A stretch of 64,000 nucleotides of DNA from Alphaproteobacteria bacterium (GTDB lineage Bacteria; Pseudomonadota; Alphaproteobacteria; SP197). Shown in pieces: positions 10,508-21,372 of the stretch. Numbering within the stretch: position 1 is the first letter of the stretch; each line of letters opens with the position of its first letter. The stretch covers positions 384,001 to 448,000 of the forward strand of contig OZ219918.1 of the NCBI GenBank assembly GCA_964291415.2. Direction: 5' to 3'. The notes under the pieces are model-generated. The model did no database searches. It had not been told where the DNA came from and was given only the letters and a program-made list of their open reading frames with translations. The position numbers and the translations under genes are program-made.

Positions 10508-10622
10508 GGACGTGATTCTCCGATCCTGTTTGTGAAGGCTGCCTCCCGCAATCCACCGGTGCAAGTCCTTCACGCTCCGTCCCCGGCTCTGGTAGGATCC
10601 ACGGGAACGAGAAGGACATGCA

Positions 10623-11690
10623 ATGGCTGACGTCTACCTTCGACCGGTTCACCATCCTTCGGCGTGGACTTCCGCCGGCCTCGGATCCCTCGATGCTATC
10701 AGGGTCAACTGGGATCAGCGGCACATCGATGCCCTCGATGAAGCGTGGCGCGAGGTCGACCGTCAGGGACTGACGCTCGACGAGATCGGGCATCATCATT
10801 TCCGGTTGCCGGCCATCGCCGATGACCTGCGCGACATCTACGAGGAGATCATGTGGGGCCGCGGGATCGTTCTCGTTGACCGTCTGCCGGTCGAGAACTG
10901 GCCACTCGCCAAGGCGGAAATCATCTACTGGGGGCTCGGCACCCACTTTGGCACGGGCCAGTCCCAGTCGGTCATCGGCGACCGCCTCGGTCATGTCGTC
11001 AACGTGGGCGGCAAGGATCACAAGGAGCGCGCCTATCGCAATTCCCTCCCGTTGACCCTGCACACCGATGCCTGCGACATCCTGTGCATGCTCTCCATAC
11101 GCAGGAGCATCGACGGCGGGGAGTCCCAGTACGCCAGCGCGCTCGCCGTTCACAACACGATCCTCGATGAGAGTCCGGAATACCTCGGTCCCCTCTATCG
11201 GGGTTTCCGCTACCACCGGTTCGGCGAGGAAGGACCCGGCGAAGCCCCGGTCACCGAGCACCGCGTCCCGGTGCTGTCGGAACGCGAGGGGTGTGTCAGT
11301 TGCCGCTATGTTGCCGGGTACATCTACATGGCTTGCGAAGAACTCGGCGAGGACCTTCCGGCGTTCGATCGCGCCGCACTTTCCTATTTCGATGACGTGG
11401 CCCTGCGCCCCGACCATATGCTCGAGTTCCAGATGGAGCCAGGCCAGTTGCTGATCTGCAACAACCTGACGACACTTCATGCCCGCCGGGGTTTCGACGA
11501 TCCGCCGGGAGAAGACGAGGGGCGCCTGCTTCTGCGCCTGTGGCTGACCGCCCATGAGGGTGATCGACGGCCCGTGGACGATTCCATCGAGATCTATCGC
11601 ACTCACGGCATCCGGGCGCAGGAAGGTCGCCGCGATACCCGCTACCGAGGCGACGCCACGGAGATTCTCGGCGAGGTCCTCAAGTACTGA
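10623..11690 (+). CDS. TauD/TfdA-family Fe(II)/2-oxoglutarate dioxygenase
   Basis: HxD 'LTLHTDACD', distal His 'NNLTTLHARRGF', 'RLLLRLWL'. Confidence 0.9.
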   Translation: MADVYLRPVHHPSAWTSAGLGSLDAIRVNWDQRHIDALDEAWREVDRQGLTLDEIGHHHFRLPAIADDLRDIYEEIMWGRGIVLVDRLPVENWPLAKAEIIYWGLGTHFGTGQSQSVIGDRLGHVVNVGGKDHKERAYRNSLPLTLHTDACDILCMLSIRRSIDGGESQYASALAVHNTILDESPEYLGPLYRGFRYHRFGEEGPGEAPVTEHRVPVLSEREGCVSCRYVAGYIYMACEELGEDLPAFDRAALSYFDDVALRPDHMLEFQMEPGQLLICNNLTTLHARRGFDDPPGEDEGRLLLRLWLTAHEGDRRPVDDSIEIYRTHGIRAQEGRRDTRYRGDATEILGEVLKY

Positions 11691-11722
11691 CCACGACTCC
11701 GGCACCTGGGGAAAGGGCGCCC

Positions 11723-12769
11723 ATGAGGGCGGTCGGGATCATTGCCAATCCGGTGTCGGCCCGGGACATACGCAGGATTGTCTCCCACGCCGGGAACCTG
11801 GCGATCAATGATCGAGCCAACATCGTTCTGAGGCTGTTGACGGGATTGGCTGCGGCGGACGTGACCGACGTGATCGTCATGCCGGAGAACGGCGGCATTC
11901 GCACCCAGCTCATGCGCACCATCGAGCGGGAACGGCGAATGGGAACGCTCCACCTGCCGGCCGTTACCTATCTCGACATGCCCGTCACCTCGACCTTCGC
12001 GGACAGTGCCGCCGCCGCCCGGCGGATGGACGAGATGGGCGTAGGCGCCATCGTGGTCCTGGGCGGTGACGGCACGCATCGGATCGTCGCCTCATCGTGC
12101 GGCCGGACACCGATCGCCGGGGTCTCCACCGGGACCAACAACGCCTTTCCGGAGTTTCGCGAACCAACCATCACCGGCCTCGCCGTCGGCCTTGCAACCA
12201 GCGGCCGCGTTCCGGACGACATCGCCCTTGCCCTGAACAAGCGTCTGGTGGTGACAGTCAACGGGCGCCGCGAGATTGCGCTTGTGGATGCGGCCGTGGT
12301 AGCTGAACGCTATGTGGGAGCGCGCGCCATCTGGAGACCGGAGAGTTTCCGCGACCTGTTCGTCACCTTCGGCGAGGCGGACGGTATAGGGATGTCGTCC
12401 CTGGTCGGACTCATCGATCCCCTCGACCGGACAACGCCCGAGGGAAGGCGGATCAGGCTGGCGCCCGCCGGCACGGCACCGCGCGCACTCGCCTTCCCGG
12501 TCGCCCCCGGCCTGATGGGCAAGGTCGGCATCCTGTCGGTCGAGACGATGGCGCCTGACGTTGCCTGCAGGCCCTCCGTCACCTCCGGTTCCATCGCCCT
12601 CGACGGCGAACGTGAACTGACCTTCGGTGAAGCCGATGACGTCAGCATCCGCCTCGAGATCGATGCCTTCAGAACCGTGCGAGTCTCCCATTGCATGGCC
12701 TTTGCGGCCAGGCACGGACTGCTGGTCCATCAATCGCGTTCCCCCTGCCACGAAGGAGAACCCCGATGA
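11723..12769 (+). CDS. acoX: Acetoin catabolism protein AcoX (ATP-NAD kinase family)
   Basis: 'GIIANPVSARDIRR', 'LGGDGTHR', 'STGTNNAFPE', 'ALDGERE'; directly upstream of acoA. Confidence 0.9.
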   Translation: MRAVGIIANPVSARDIRRIVSHAGNLAINDRANIVLRLLTGLAAADVTDVIVMPENGGIRTQLMRTIERERRMGTLHLPAVTYLDMPVTSTFADSAAAARRMDEMGVGAIVVLGGDGTHRIVASSCGRTPIAGVSTGTNNAFPEFREPTITGLAVGLATSGRVPDDIALALNKRLVVTVNGRREIALVDAAVVAERYVGARAIWRPESFRDLFVTFGEADGIGMSSLVGLIDPLDRTTPEGRRIRLAPAGTAPRALAFPVAPGLMGKVGILSVETMAPDVACRPSVTSGSIALDGERELTFGEADDVSIRLEIDAFRTVRVSHCMAFAARHGLLVHQSRSPCHEGEPR

Positions 12770-13746
12770 ACAATCCGTTCCCCCTGTCCCGGGAAGGCCT
12801 GCTCACCGCCTACCGCCGCATGAGGACAATCCGTGAGTTCGAGGAACGCCTGCACGTGGAGTTCGCCAAGGGCGACATTGCAGGGTTCGTGCACCTCTAT
12901 GCCGGCGAAGAGGCCACGGGGGTCGGCATCATGATGCATCTCGAAGACCATGACCGCATCGCATCGACCCACCGCGGGCACGGACATTGCATCGCCAAGG
13001 GCGTCGACGTCAGGGCCATGATGGCGGAAATCTACGGCAAGGCGACCGGAGCGTGTGCCGGCAAGGGCGGGTCCATGCACATCGCCGATCTTTCAAAGGG
13101 GATGATGGGCGCCAACGGCATTCTTGGCGCCGGAGCACCGCTCATCTGCGGCGCCGGCCTGGCTGCGCAGAAGCTGGGTCATGATGGAGTCGGCATCACG
13201 TTCTTCGGCGACGGCGCCTCCAACCAGGGCACGGTTCTCGAGTCCATGAACCTGGCGGCGATCTGGAATCTTCCGGTGGTCTTCGTGGTCGAAAACAACG
13301 GTTACGCGGAATCGACCTCGGTGGACTACGCGGTGGCCTCGGACTCCTATGTCGACCGGGCTGCCGGCTTCGGCATGCCCGGAATCACCGTTGACGGCAC
13401 CGATTTCTTTGCCGTCTACGAGGCCGCCGGCGAGGTCATCCGGCGGGCCCGGGAGGGCGGTGGACCGTCCCTTCTCGAGTGCAAGATGATCCGCTTCTAC
13501 GGTCACTTCGAAGGAGACGCCCAGACCTACCGGGCACCGGGAGAAAACGAGCAAAACCGCGCACACCGCGATTGCCTGAGGATTTTCACTGACAAGATCC
13601 TCGAGGCCGGCGTCGTCGAAGCGGGAGAACTCGCCCGCATCGATTCCGAAGTGGTGGATATCATTGACGACGCGCTCGAGAGCGCGAAGGCAGCGCCTCT
13701 TCCCTCGGCGGCTGAACTGACCACCGACGTCTACGTAACGTATTGA
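12766..13746 (+). CDS. acoA: Acetoin dehydrogenase E1 alpha (TPP-dependent)
   Basis: 'GFVHLYAGEEA', 'STHRGHGHCIAKG', TPP motif 'GDGASNQG...ENN', 'GHFEGD'. Confidence 0.93.
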   Translation: MNNPFPLSREGLLTAYRRMRTIREFEERLHVEFAKGDIAGFVHLYAGEEATGVGIMMHLEDHDRIASTHRGHGHCIAKGVDVRAMMAEIYGKATGACAGKGGSMHIADLSKGMMGANGILGAGAPLICGAGLAAQKLGHDGVGITFFGDGASNQGTVLESMNLAAIWNLPVVFVVENNGYAESTSVDYAVASDSYVDRAAGFGMPGITVDGTDFFAVYEAAGEVIRRAREGGGPSLLECKMIRFYGHFEGDAQTYRAPGENEQNRAHRDCLRIFTDKILEAGVVEAGELARIDSEVVDIIDDALESAKAAPLPSAAELTTDVYVTY

Positions 13747-13777
13747 ACGCTTCCTGCCACCTGAGGAGCATGGAGAC

Positions 13778-14794
13778 ATGGCACGCGCACTGAGCATGAG
13801 GGCCGCAATCAACGAGGCACTCGACCAGGAGATGAGCCGGGACCCGACCGTTGTCGTGCTCGGAGAGGACATTGTCGGCGGCGCCGGATCGCCCGGCGAG
13901 GACGACGCCTGGGGCGGCGCCATGGGCGTCACCAAGGGCCTCATCCACAAGCACCCGGGGCAACTCATCGACACGCCGCTTTCGGAAAGCGCCTATATCG
14001 GCGCCGCCATCGGTGCCGCAACCTGCGGCCTGCGCCCTGTTGCCGAACTGATGTTCATCGATTTCATGGGTGTGTGCCTGGACCAGATCTTCAACCAGGC
14101 CGCCAAGTTCCGCTACATGTTCGGTGGCAAGGCGGAAACTCCGGTCGTCATCCGCGCCACCTGCGGAGCGGGGTTCAGGGCGGCAGCCCAGCACAGCCAG
14201 ATGCTGACCCCGGTTGTTACCCACATTCCGGGACTCAAGGTCGTGTGTCCCTCCAATGCCTATGACACCAAGGGCCTCCTGATCCAGTCGATCCGCGACA
14301 ACGATCCGGTGATCTTCCTTGAGCACAAGAATCTCTATGACAGCGAGACCGATGTGCCGGAAGAATCCTATGCCATCCCCTTTGGAGAGGCGAACATCGC
14401 CAGGGAGGGGACGGACGTCACCATCGTCACCTATGGCATGATGGTGCCTTATTCCCTCGAGGCCTCGGAGACACTGAAAGGCGAGGGCGTCGACGTCGAG
14501 GTGATCGATCTGCGCACACTCTCGCCCATCGATCTCGATACGGTATTCGAGAGTGTCGAGATGACCGGGCGTCTCGTCTGCGTGGATGAGGCCAATCCCC
14601 GTTGCTCCATTGCCTCGGATGTTGCTGCGGCAGTGGCCCAGGAAGTCTTCGGGTCTCTCAAGGGGCCCGTCGCGATGGTGACCGCTCCCCACGCACCCGT
14701 CCCGTTTTCGTCAGCGCTCGAGGATCTCTACATTCCCTCCCCCGAACGCATTGCCGATGGCGTGCGCCGGGCCATGGGAGAACGTCCCTCATGA
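13778..14794 (+). CDS. acoB: Acetoin dehydrogenase E1 beta
   Basis: 'DDAWGG', 'DTPLSESA', 'NQAAKFRYMFGG', 'AAQHSQ', 'EVIDLRTLSP'. Confidence 0.93.
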   Translation: MARALSMRAAINEALDQEMSRDPTVVVLGEDIVGGAGSPGEDDAWGGAMGVTKGLIHKHPGQLIDTPLSESAYIGAAIGAATCGLRPVAELMFIDFMGVCLDQIFNQAAKFRYMFGGKAETPVVIRATCGAGFRAAAQHSQMLTPVVTHIPGLKVVCPSNAYDTKGLLIQSIRDNDPVIFLEHKNLYDSETDVPEESYAIPFGEANIAREGTDVTIVTYGMMVPYSLEASETLKGEGVDVEVIDLRTLSPIDLDTVFESVEMTGRLVCVDEANPRCSIASDVAAAVAQEVFGSLKGPVAMVTAPHAPVPFSSALEDLYIPSPERIADGVRRAMGERPS

Positions 14795-15891
14795 GCGATG
14801 AGATTGTCCCGATCCTCATGCCGAAGTGGGGTCTCTCCATGAGGCAGGGGACCCTTTCGACCTGGCTTGTCGAGGAGGGCAGCGAGATCTCGCCTGGCGA
14901 CGAGATCATGGATGTCGAAACCGACAAGATCGCCAATGCCGTGGAGGCCACCGACGGCGGCCTCCTGCGCAGGCGCGTCGGCATGGCCGGCGAGACCTAT
15001 CCGGTTCGCGCCCTGCTCGGCGTGCTGGCGCCGGCGTCGGTCCCCGATTCGGAGATTGACGCCTATGTGGCGTCCTTCAAGGCGCCGGTGACCGAGGAGT
15101 CGGACGACGAAGAATCGGCCCCACTGTTCCTTGATCTTCCCGTCGGCCGCATCCGCTATGCGGAACGGCCCGGTGACGGAGTACCGGTGCTGCTGATTCA
15201 CGGCTTCGGCGGAGATCTCGACAACTGGCTCTTCAACATCGACGCGCTGGCCGAGGCCGGCCCCGTTGTTGCCCTTGATCTGCCGGGCCATGGCCAATCG
15301 GTCAAATCCGTTGCCGCGCCATCGCTAACGACCATGACGGATACGGTGATCGGCCTCATGGACTCCCTCGGCGTGACCCGGGCACACCTCGTCGGCCATT
15401 CCATGGGAGGCCTCGTCGCCGGCCGGATCGGCATCGATCGGCCGGATCGTGTCGCCTCGCTTACCCTCATTGCCGCCGCGGGACTTGGAGAGGAGATCAA
15501 CGGCGCCTACCTCGACGGCTTTGTTTCGGCGGCGTCGCGCCGCGACCTCAAGCCGGCACTGGTGCATCTCTTTGCAGATCAGGCGCTGGTCAACCGTTCC
15601 ATGGTCGAGGACGTGCTGAAGTACAAGCGCCTCGATGGAGTTGGCTCGTTCCTCGAGGCTCTCAGGGGCACGCTCTTTCCGGGAGACAGTCAGGCCACGC
15701 GCATCGCCGACGAACTCGCGGAGATCGGATGTCCGTGTCACGTCATCTGGGGCGCAGAGGATGCCATCATCCCGGCCACCCACGCCGGGGCGCTTGAGGG
15801 TGCAACCGTGATCGACGGCGCCGGGCACATGGTGCAGATGGAAAGGGCAGCGGAGGTCAACCGGCTCATCCTTTCCTGGACGCACGGTTGA
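14791..15891 (+). CDS. acoC: Acetoin dehydrogenase E2 AcoC (lipoyl domain + alpha/beta-hydrolase fold)
   Basis: Lipoyl site 'VETDKIAN'; 'HGFGGD', 'GHSMGG', 'AGHMVQME'. Confidence 0.92.
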   Translation: MSDEIVPILMPKWGLSMRQGTLSTWLVEEGSEISPGDEIMDVETDKIANAVEATDGGLLRRRVGMAGETYPVRALLGVLAPASVPDSEIDAYVASFKAPVTEESDDEESAPLFLDLPVGRIRYAERPGDGVPVLLIHGFGGDLDNWLFNIDALAEAGPVVALDLPGHGQSVKSVAAPSLTTMTDTVIGLMDSLGVTRAHLVGHSMGGLVAGRIGIDRPDRVASLTLIAAAGLGEEINGAYLDGFVSAASRRDLKPALVHLFADQALVNRSMVEDVLKYKRLDGVGSFLEALRGTLFPGDSQATRIADELAEIGCPCHVIWGAEDAIIPATHAGALEGATVIDGAGHMVQMERAAEVNRLILSWTHG

Positions 15892-15966
15892 GCAAGGGTC
15901 CGGCTCGAGCCTTGCAGACTGGCATCACTGTCTGGCGCTGCCAGTGAGTGCGGAGGAAACGAGGTC

Positions 15967-16602
15967 ATGACGAAGCCGGTCAATGTCACATTGTATCGAT
16001 GGGCAGGTGCGTGGGGTCCGTTCCGTGTGAAGATCCCCTGCGGCGAATGCGCTCTCACCAGGGACGTCATTGCCGATGTCGTGGAGACCGAACTCGGCGG
16101 TGTGCCGGTCGAGGTTGATACCCGCGACTGGTTGACACATTGGTGGAAGCCCTTGCCGAAGGGCGGCTGGCACGCTCCCATCGTTCTGGTGGAAGGGCGA
16201 CTTGTCAGCCAGGGGGCAGCGCTCAATCGGGGCGTGCTCACCCAGGCCATCATCGAGGCGCACGCCAGGCGCACGCCCCTTGCCGGGAACAGGCTGTTCG
16301 GGAAGGCAACCTGCCCGCACTGCGTGCGCGCCAAGGACTATCTCGACCAGGCGGGGATCGCCTACACCTATCATGACGTGGTGCGCGAGCCGGCAGCGCT
16401 CTACGAGATGCTGGCACGGGTCAAGCCGATCGTCGGACCCAAGACACCGATCACGGTGCCGCAGATCTGGATCGAAGGCGACTATGTCGGTGGTGCTGAC
16501 GCCCTGGGCGACATTCTCGGGCGTGAGGTCGAGCCCAATCCGGACCGCGGTCAGTGTTCGATCTCGCCTGGCCGGCTGACAGCGGCCCGGCGGCCCGCTT
16601 GA
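15967..16602 (+). CDS. Two-domain glutaredoxin/thioredoxin-fold protein
   Basis: 'CGEC' in N-domain; 'CPHC', 'TVPQIWI..YVGG' in C-domain. Confidence 0.85.
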   Translation: MTKPVNVTLYRWAGAWGPFRVKIPCGECALTRDVIADVVETELGGVPVEVDTRDWLTHWWKPLPKGGWHAPIVLVEGRLVSQGAALNRGVLTQAIIEAHARRTPLAGNRLFGKATCPHCVRAKDYLDQAGIAYTYHDVVREPAALYEMLARVKPIVGPKTPITVPQIWIEGDYVGGADALGDILGREVEPNPDRGQCSISPGRLTAARRPA

Positions 16603-16648
16603 GATATCCGCCGCCGGGTCGGGCTCCTTCAGACGCCGATCCTGGCCC

Positions 16649-16910
16649 ATGATCCGGTACCTGGGTCGCCTGGACGACAGTCGCTACGCATGGATCGTGG
16701 TGGCGGCCTCCTTCCTGATGCTCGTGCTGGGGAACGGCGCCCTGTTCCTGCTGATCGTCTCCATGAAGGATATCGCCGCCAGCTTCGACTGGCCGCGTTC
16801 GGTTCCCTCGTTTGCCTATTCCCTGCAGTTGGGACTCTCGAGCAAGACATCCTTCTGGCGGCTGTGACTGCGCCATTTGTTGTTGGTTGGTTTTCGTCGA
16901 TGGGTCGAAT
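16649..16910 (+). pseudogene. Truncated MFS transporter (N-terminal fragment)
   Basis: 'SRYAWIVVAASFLMLVLGNG...IAASFDWPRSVPSFAYSLQ' resembles TM1-TM2 of an MFS; stops after 72 aa and runs into the convergent gene. Confidence 0.65.
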
Positions 16911-16914
16911 GGCG

Positions 16915-18078
16915 TCAGCCGATGACCTCGAGATTCGCCGTGCCGCTGCCGGCCAGCATCACGACGCCGTCCTCCAGCATCAGCCATGTGCCGCCGACAA
17001 CCACACCGCACCCGGATCCGGGTGGCGTGAGGCAGGCGTGCAGCACGAAGGTCATGCCCGGCTGCAGACGCTGGTCACTGTGGCGGCCGATCTCCAGGGT
17101 TTCGAGCCACAGCGGCGGGTAGGCGATGCCGATGCCGTAGCCGAAACGCATCATGGCGGCATCCTCGAGGCCGGCATCGCGGACCGCCACGAGAGACGCT
17201 TCCTCGACTTCCGCCACCGGCACGCCGGGTCCTATCGATGCGAGTCCGTCCTCGAGGGAAAGCCGCGCCACCTCGTAGAGATCACGTTTTCCGGCGGAGG
17301 GTTTGCCCGCCGCCATGGTGGCGATGGCAACGGCGTGGTAGCGCTCGTGCACACCCGCCAGTTCGACGTGAACGAGATCGCCCGGTTCGATAACGCGGTT
17401 CCGCGGCGTCGCATGGCCGCCCTCGCTTCTCGGTCCGCTTGCCAGTTCGATGGGAATGGCCCAGTAGTCGCATCCCCGCCGGCGCATGGCATGTTCGATC
17501 TCGCCCGCCAGTGCAATCTCGCTGATCCCCGGCCTGAGTGACTGGCGCATGGCGGCAAGACCGGCCTCGGCATGGCGGGCGGCCTCGCGCATGAAGCGGA
17601 TCTCCGCAGGCGACTTGATCCAGCGCAGGGCGCCGATGAGGGGCGTGATGTCTGTGAATCGTGATGCCGGAAGTGATGCCGCAAGCATCTGGCCCCATTG
17701 CCAGGAGAGGCAGTGCGACCGCATCTCGATTCCGATCCTGGCGCCGAAATCGGATTTGTCGTGCACCAGATCGGCCATCATGGCTGCCGCATCGTCGTGG
17801 TGCAGGCGGTAGGTGCGGATATCCCTGATCCATGTGGTTTCCACCGCCAGGGGCAGATCGACGTCGCGCACGACGAGGCAGGGTTCATCGTCGCTTTCAC
17901 TGAAGATCAGAGCCTGGGGACTGTTGACGGCGACCCAGGAATCATAGCCGGCGATCCAGTAGAGGTGCTCCGGCGCCACGCAGAGACAGACGTCGATCCC
18001 GTCTGCCCCCATCGCTTGGCGGACGCGTTCAAGCCGGCGACGGTGTTCGGTTTCGGAGAAGGAGGCAAAGGCGGGCAT
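16915..18078 (-). CDS. M24-family hydrolase, creatinase/ectoine hydrolase (DoeA)-like
   Basis: 'FSETEHRRRLERVR', 'LRWIKSPAEIRFMREAA', 'GGHATP', 'GYGIGIAYPP.W'. Confidence 0.85.
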   Translation of the reverse strand: MPAFASFSETEHRRRLERVRQAMGADGIDVCLCVAPEHLYWIAGYDSWVAVNSPQALIFSESDDEPCLVVRDVDLPLAVETTWIRDIRTYRLHHDDAAAMMADLVHDKSDFGARIGIEMRSHCLSWQWGQMLAASLPASRFTDITPLIGALRWIKSPAEIRFMREAARHAEAGLAAMRQSLRPGISEIALAGEIEHAMRRRGCDYWAIPIELASGPRSEGGHATPRNRVIEPGDLVHVELAGVHERYHAVAIATMAAGKPSAGKRDLYEVARLSLEDGLASIGPGVPVAEVEEASLVAVRDAGLEDAAMMRFGYGIGIAYPPLWLETLEIGRHSDQRLQPGMTFVLHACLTPPGSGCGVVVGGTWLMLEDGVVMLAGSGTANLEVIG

Positions 18079-18210
18079 GGTGGCTGTTCGCAGATTACCG
18101 GGCATCCTCATGGTATGCCGTGCCCGGGTTCGGTGGAACGGACTTGCTCCATCAGTGGCATCTGTGATGATCTTGGCACCCGGGTGAAGACCAACCGCGA
18201 GGCTGCCGGC

Positions 18211-19836
<1,626 letters not shown>

Positions 19837-19843
19837 GGGCCGG

Positions 19844-19861
19844 TGGTGCCTCTGGAGAGAC
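19844..19861 (-). repeat. Direct-repeat copy of the tRNA-Leu 3' end (att-like)
   Basis: tggtgcctctggagagac vs tRNA 19932-19949 tggtgcctctggagggac: 17/18 identical, 88 bp apart. Confidence 0.75.
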
Positions 19862-19931
19862 GCCACACGCCAGATGCTGGTTGTGTCCAGTGCCGACACA
19901 GCCAGGGGGTGGGTTGATAGAGCCCGGGTGT

Positions 19932-20018
19932 TGGTGCCTCTGGAGGGACTCGAACCCCCACTTCCGGATGGAAAGCAGATTTTGAGTCTGCCGCGTCTAC
20001 CAGTTCCGCCACAGAGGC
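19932..20018 (-). tRNA. tRNA-Leu(CAA)
   Basis: GCCTCTG acceptor stem, D-loop GGAACTGGTAGAC, anticodon arm GCAGA-CTCAAAA-TCTGC, long variable arm, GTTCGAG T-loop, encoded CCA. Confidence 0.97.
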
Positions 20019-20070
20019 CTCAAGGAGCGTCATCAATGTCGGGGTTGGCGCGGCCGGTCAAGAAGAACCG

Positions 20071-20973
20071 TCAATGCCGGCTCGGCTCCCCCAGTACCGC
20101 GGTCTTGAAGACGCTTGAATCCTCCACGTACTCGCCGCCTTCCGGCGCGGCCGGCATGACATCGGCGAACCTGTCCTCGAGCACGACATGGGGGTCCTGC
20201 CCCTCGACCCAGCCGAGGAAGATGTCGTGCAGATGGTAGCCGATCAGGTGCTGGACATCTTCGCGCAGGCCGCGGGCGACGGCGGGTGGAACGGCAAGAT
20301 ACTGGTTTTCTTCCTGGCGCAGCCAGCCGAGGCTGTATCCGGTGATCGCTCCGGTGCGGTGCTCGTTGGCGGTGACATTCTGTCCGCCGCCGTGGAACAC
20401 CGAACCGAGATAGATGAGACACGAACCTTTGGGCATCACGGCGTAGGCGATCCTGGAATTGTCGTCGGGGTAGGTGTCGTCGTCCCAGAGGTGGCTGCCG
20501 GGAACGACATTGGTGGCGCCGTTGTCGACCGTGAAGTCCGACAGCGCCCACATGGTATTGCACAGGCACTGGGGTCCGGGGTGGCGGAAGGGTATGAGGC
20601 CATCGTCGCGATGCACGATCTGGCGTCCCTCGCCGGGAGCGATTCTCACCGCCTGGGTCACGTGAAGATGATAGCGTTCGCAACGGGGCAGCAACAGGCG
20701 ATCCATGACCGCGAGAATCTGCGGCGCCGTGGCGAGTTCCTCTCCGTAGGTCTTGGACTTGGCGATCAGCGAACTCACGCGCCGCGTCTTGCGTCCCCAG
20801 AATTCGCCTTCGCCGAAGTAGGCCCGGCCGAGGTAGGGTTCGAGTTCCTCGTTGACCCGGTCCATGACGTCGTCATCGACGAGACTGCGGAAGATGACCG
20901 CTCCGTCTTCCTCGAGAATGGCCATCGCCTCATCGGTGGATGCATCGCGCTCGAGGGATCTTACCTCGTCCAT
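20071..20973 (-). CDS. Phytanoyl-CoA dioxygenase (PhyH) family protein
   Basis: 'QIVHRDD', 'ALSDFTVDNGATNVVPGSHLW', 'HGGG.N', 'LGWLRQEENQYL'. Confidence 0.92.
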   Translation of the reverse strand: MDEVRSLERDASTDEAMAILEEDGAVIFRSLVDDDVMDRVNEELEPYLGRAYFGEGEFWGRKTRRVSSLIAKSKTYGEELATAPQILAVMDRLLLPRCERYHLHVTQAVRIAPGEGRQIVHRDDGLIPFRHPGPQCLCNTMWALSDFTVDNGATNVVPGSHLWDDDTYPDDNSRIAYAVMPKGSCLIYLGSVFHGGGQNVTANEHRTGAITGYSLGWLRQEENQYLAVPPAVARGLREDVQHLIGYHLHDIFLGWVEGQDPHVVLEDRFADVMPAAPEGGEYVEDSSVFKTAVLGEPSRH

Positions 20974-21372
20974 GCCTGACTCCGTCCTCTCCCTTTCATC
21001 CTACTCCCTCGGCAAAGCCGGGTCACGCCGCCGCCGAACCAGGACGCAGCTCAAGCTCCACGGTCCGCTGCTGTTGAGCCCGCGGAGGCCGCGATGCTCT
21101 GCCGGTCGAAAAACGCCGCTTCAACAACGAGCACGTTCGTGTCATGCCGGGGTGGAAGGCGCGCTGCCCTTCAACTGTGGGATTGGACGGACGACGAACA
21201 CAGCACCAGTGCCTGATCAAGGAGACGTGCGGTACCTGCGCGCTCAAGCACTCTGTGGCGAGAAAATCCACTGGCCGCCGAAGAAGCCGCGGGTTATTCG
21301 AGGGTTCGTTGGCACACGTCGGAAGCGGGCAGCTATTACCAGCCCTTCGCAACGGCGAGAAACGGATAGGAG

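Noticed and set aside
20974-21372. ORFs or a DGR template repeat upstream of the paralogue pair
   Set aside because: No similarity to the variable loops and no credible protein; same for 23214-23428
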